Shown in pieces: positions 18,873 to 20,000 of a stretch of 20,000 nucleotides of DNA (positions within the stretch are counted from its first letter, which is position 1; every line of letters starts with the position of its first letter). A model generated the notes under the pieces. That model searched no databases and was not told the DNA's origin. It saw nothing but the letters and a program-made list of their open reading frames with translations. Source of the DNA: Peribolospora baueri (taxonomy: Eukaryota); NCBI GenBank assembly GCA_029717555.1, contig JAMDHS010000108.1, positions 44,091 to 64,090 on the forward strand, read 5' to 3'. Both the position numbers and the translations under genes were made by a program.

Positions 18873-19794
18873 GACGTCCGTCTCGTTGGTGGGCGTAAAA
18901 GAGGGTCGCAAGAATAGAGGATGTCGGGCCTTAGGGAGAGTGTGCGGCTGCAGGAAAGATGAAAGCTGTCCAGCTTAAGTACGGCCATCTCAACGCCCTC
19001 CTCCGGCGTGGCGGAACACCCGACATTCTTCTCGCCTTTCCGGCCGGCTTTCTCTGCCCCCGCTGAAGCCCCGCTCGATGCCATCTCTCCCACTAATTCC
19101 GGGGTTCGGTCCGGGGAAGGCGAGCTCGATGGTAAAGGTTCAGCTCGTTCATCATCATAAGTTGCTCCCTGCGGAGACGTGCTGTGATAATCTCACGGTG
19201 TGCATGAGACACCAGAGGCAAGGGGTGCTTGGTGCTCCAGCAACCCCCTTCCAGCGTATATGACAGGTCGGGAGGGAAACTGACTGAGACGCGACTGGGT
19301 CGAACGGCGTCTTCGTGGGACGGGATGAGGAGGGCGGGGATGAGGGTGAGAAGGCTCCCCATGCGGATCGCGCCGACGAACCCGGCAGCGCTGGGGATGA
19401 GGGCGAAGGGGAACCAACCCGCGTCTGAATCGGCGTTTGTTTTTATTCGGCTCGAGTGACACGCAAACATGGTGGTCTGGCCTCGTCCATTAACGATAAG
19501 TCTTCTGAACCCTTTCTGTCGCCCGAGCGAAGGAAACGCGGAAACTCGATTTAGGAAACAATGCCTACGGTACAGACAGGCTGGGGACAGACGATTGCCA
19601 TTTGCGCGGACGGGTATCAGCGTCGTGCTGGATTGTCTGCTCACATGATGTCAAGGCGCGGGGACGAAGTACGAGTACGGGGTAGAAGGTGTGAAGACAG
19701 ACGAGGCGGAACGAGACAGGTCGAGACGAGAGGTCAAATCGGATGGGATGGGCCGTACAAAGCGCCAAGCGTGCGAGAGAAATGACGGATAACG

Positions 19795-20000
19795 TCACTT
19801 GTCCTTCTCCTCCTCGCTACTCTCCCCCTCTTCCTCGCTACCCTCCTCTTCCTCGTCTTGTTTCTCGTCTTCCTCCTTGCCAAAGTCGAGAGTACGACGC
19901 TCCATGTCGTAGCCAACGTCCGTGAGGCCCTTCTGGATGTCATCAACGACAGAGGGCGCAGCGACGACGACGGCGACAGAAGTGACGGGCTCGAAGAGGG
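19795..20000 (-). CDS. 3' end of an unidentified gene with an acidic C-terminal tail (partial; begins beyond the right edge)
   Basis: Frame open from the window edge: LFEPVTSVAVVVAAPSVVDDIQKGLTDVGYDMERRTLDFGKEEDEKQDEEEEGSEEEGESSEEEKDK*, TGA at 19797-19795; C/G-ending codons as in neighbouring genes. Confidence 0.55.
   Translation of the reverse strand, partial: LFEPVTSVAVVVAAPSVVDDIQKGLTDVGYDMERRTLDFGKEEDEKQDEEEEGSEEEGESSEEEKDK

Noticed and set aside
19093..19644. 183-aa minus-strand ORF upstream of the GH27 gene
   Set aside because: No recognisable domain and no clear splice structure; more likely UTR or intergenic sequence.

Overview
GC-rich, intron-dense eukaryotic DNA, most likely from a basidiomycete fungus (inferred from mostly 70-120 nt introns, GTGAGT/GTAAGT donors, CTRAC-type branch points and protein similarity). 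Manual splicing gives, left to right: the 5' exon of an unidentified Pro/Gln-rich gene (-); the complex I subunit NDUFA5/B13 (+); a divergent alpha-arrestin-like gene with a C-terminal PPAY (-); MCM2 (-, 11 exons, MCB boxes upstream); an ADF-H + charged-helix + PH protein (-); a secreted uncharacterised glycoside-hydrolase-like protein (+); a probable solo LTR just after its stop codon; a GH27 alpha-galactosidase (-); and the acidic 3' end of another gene (-). The most unusual signals are non-coding: a 444-nt, multi-hairpin NDUFA5 intron that hides a strong in-frame alternative 3' splice site, and a perfect 26-bp inverted repeat in a GH27 intron. All gene models are hand-derived from the sequence; no database search or folding program was run.
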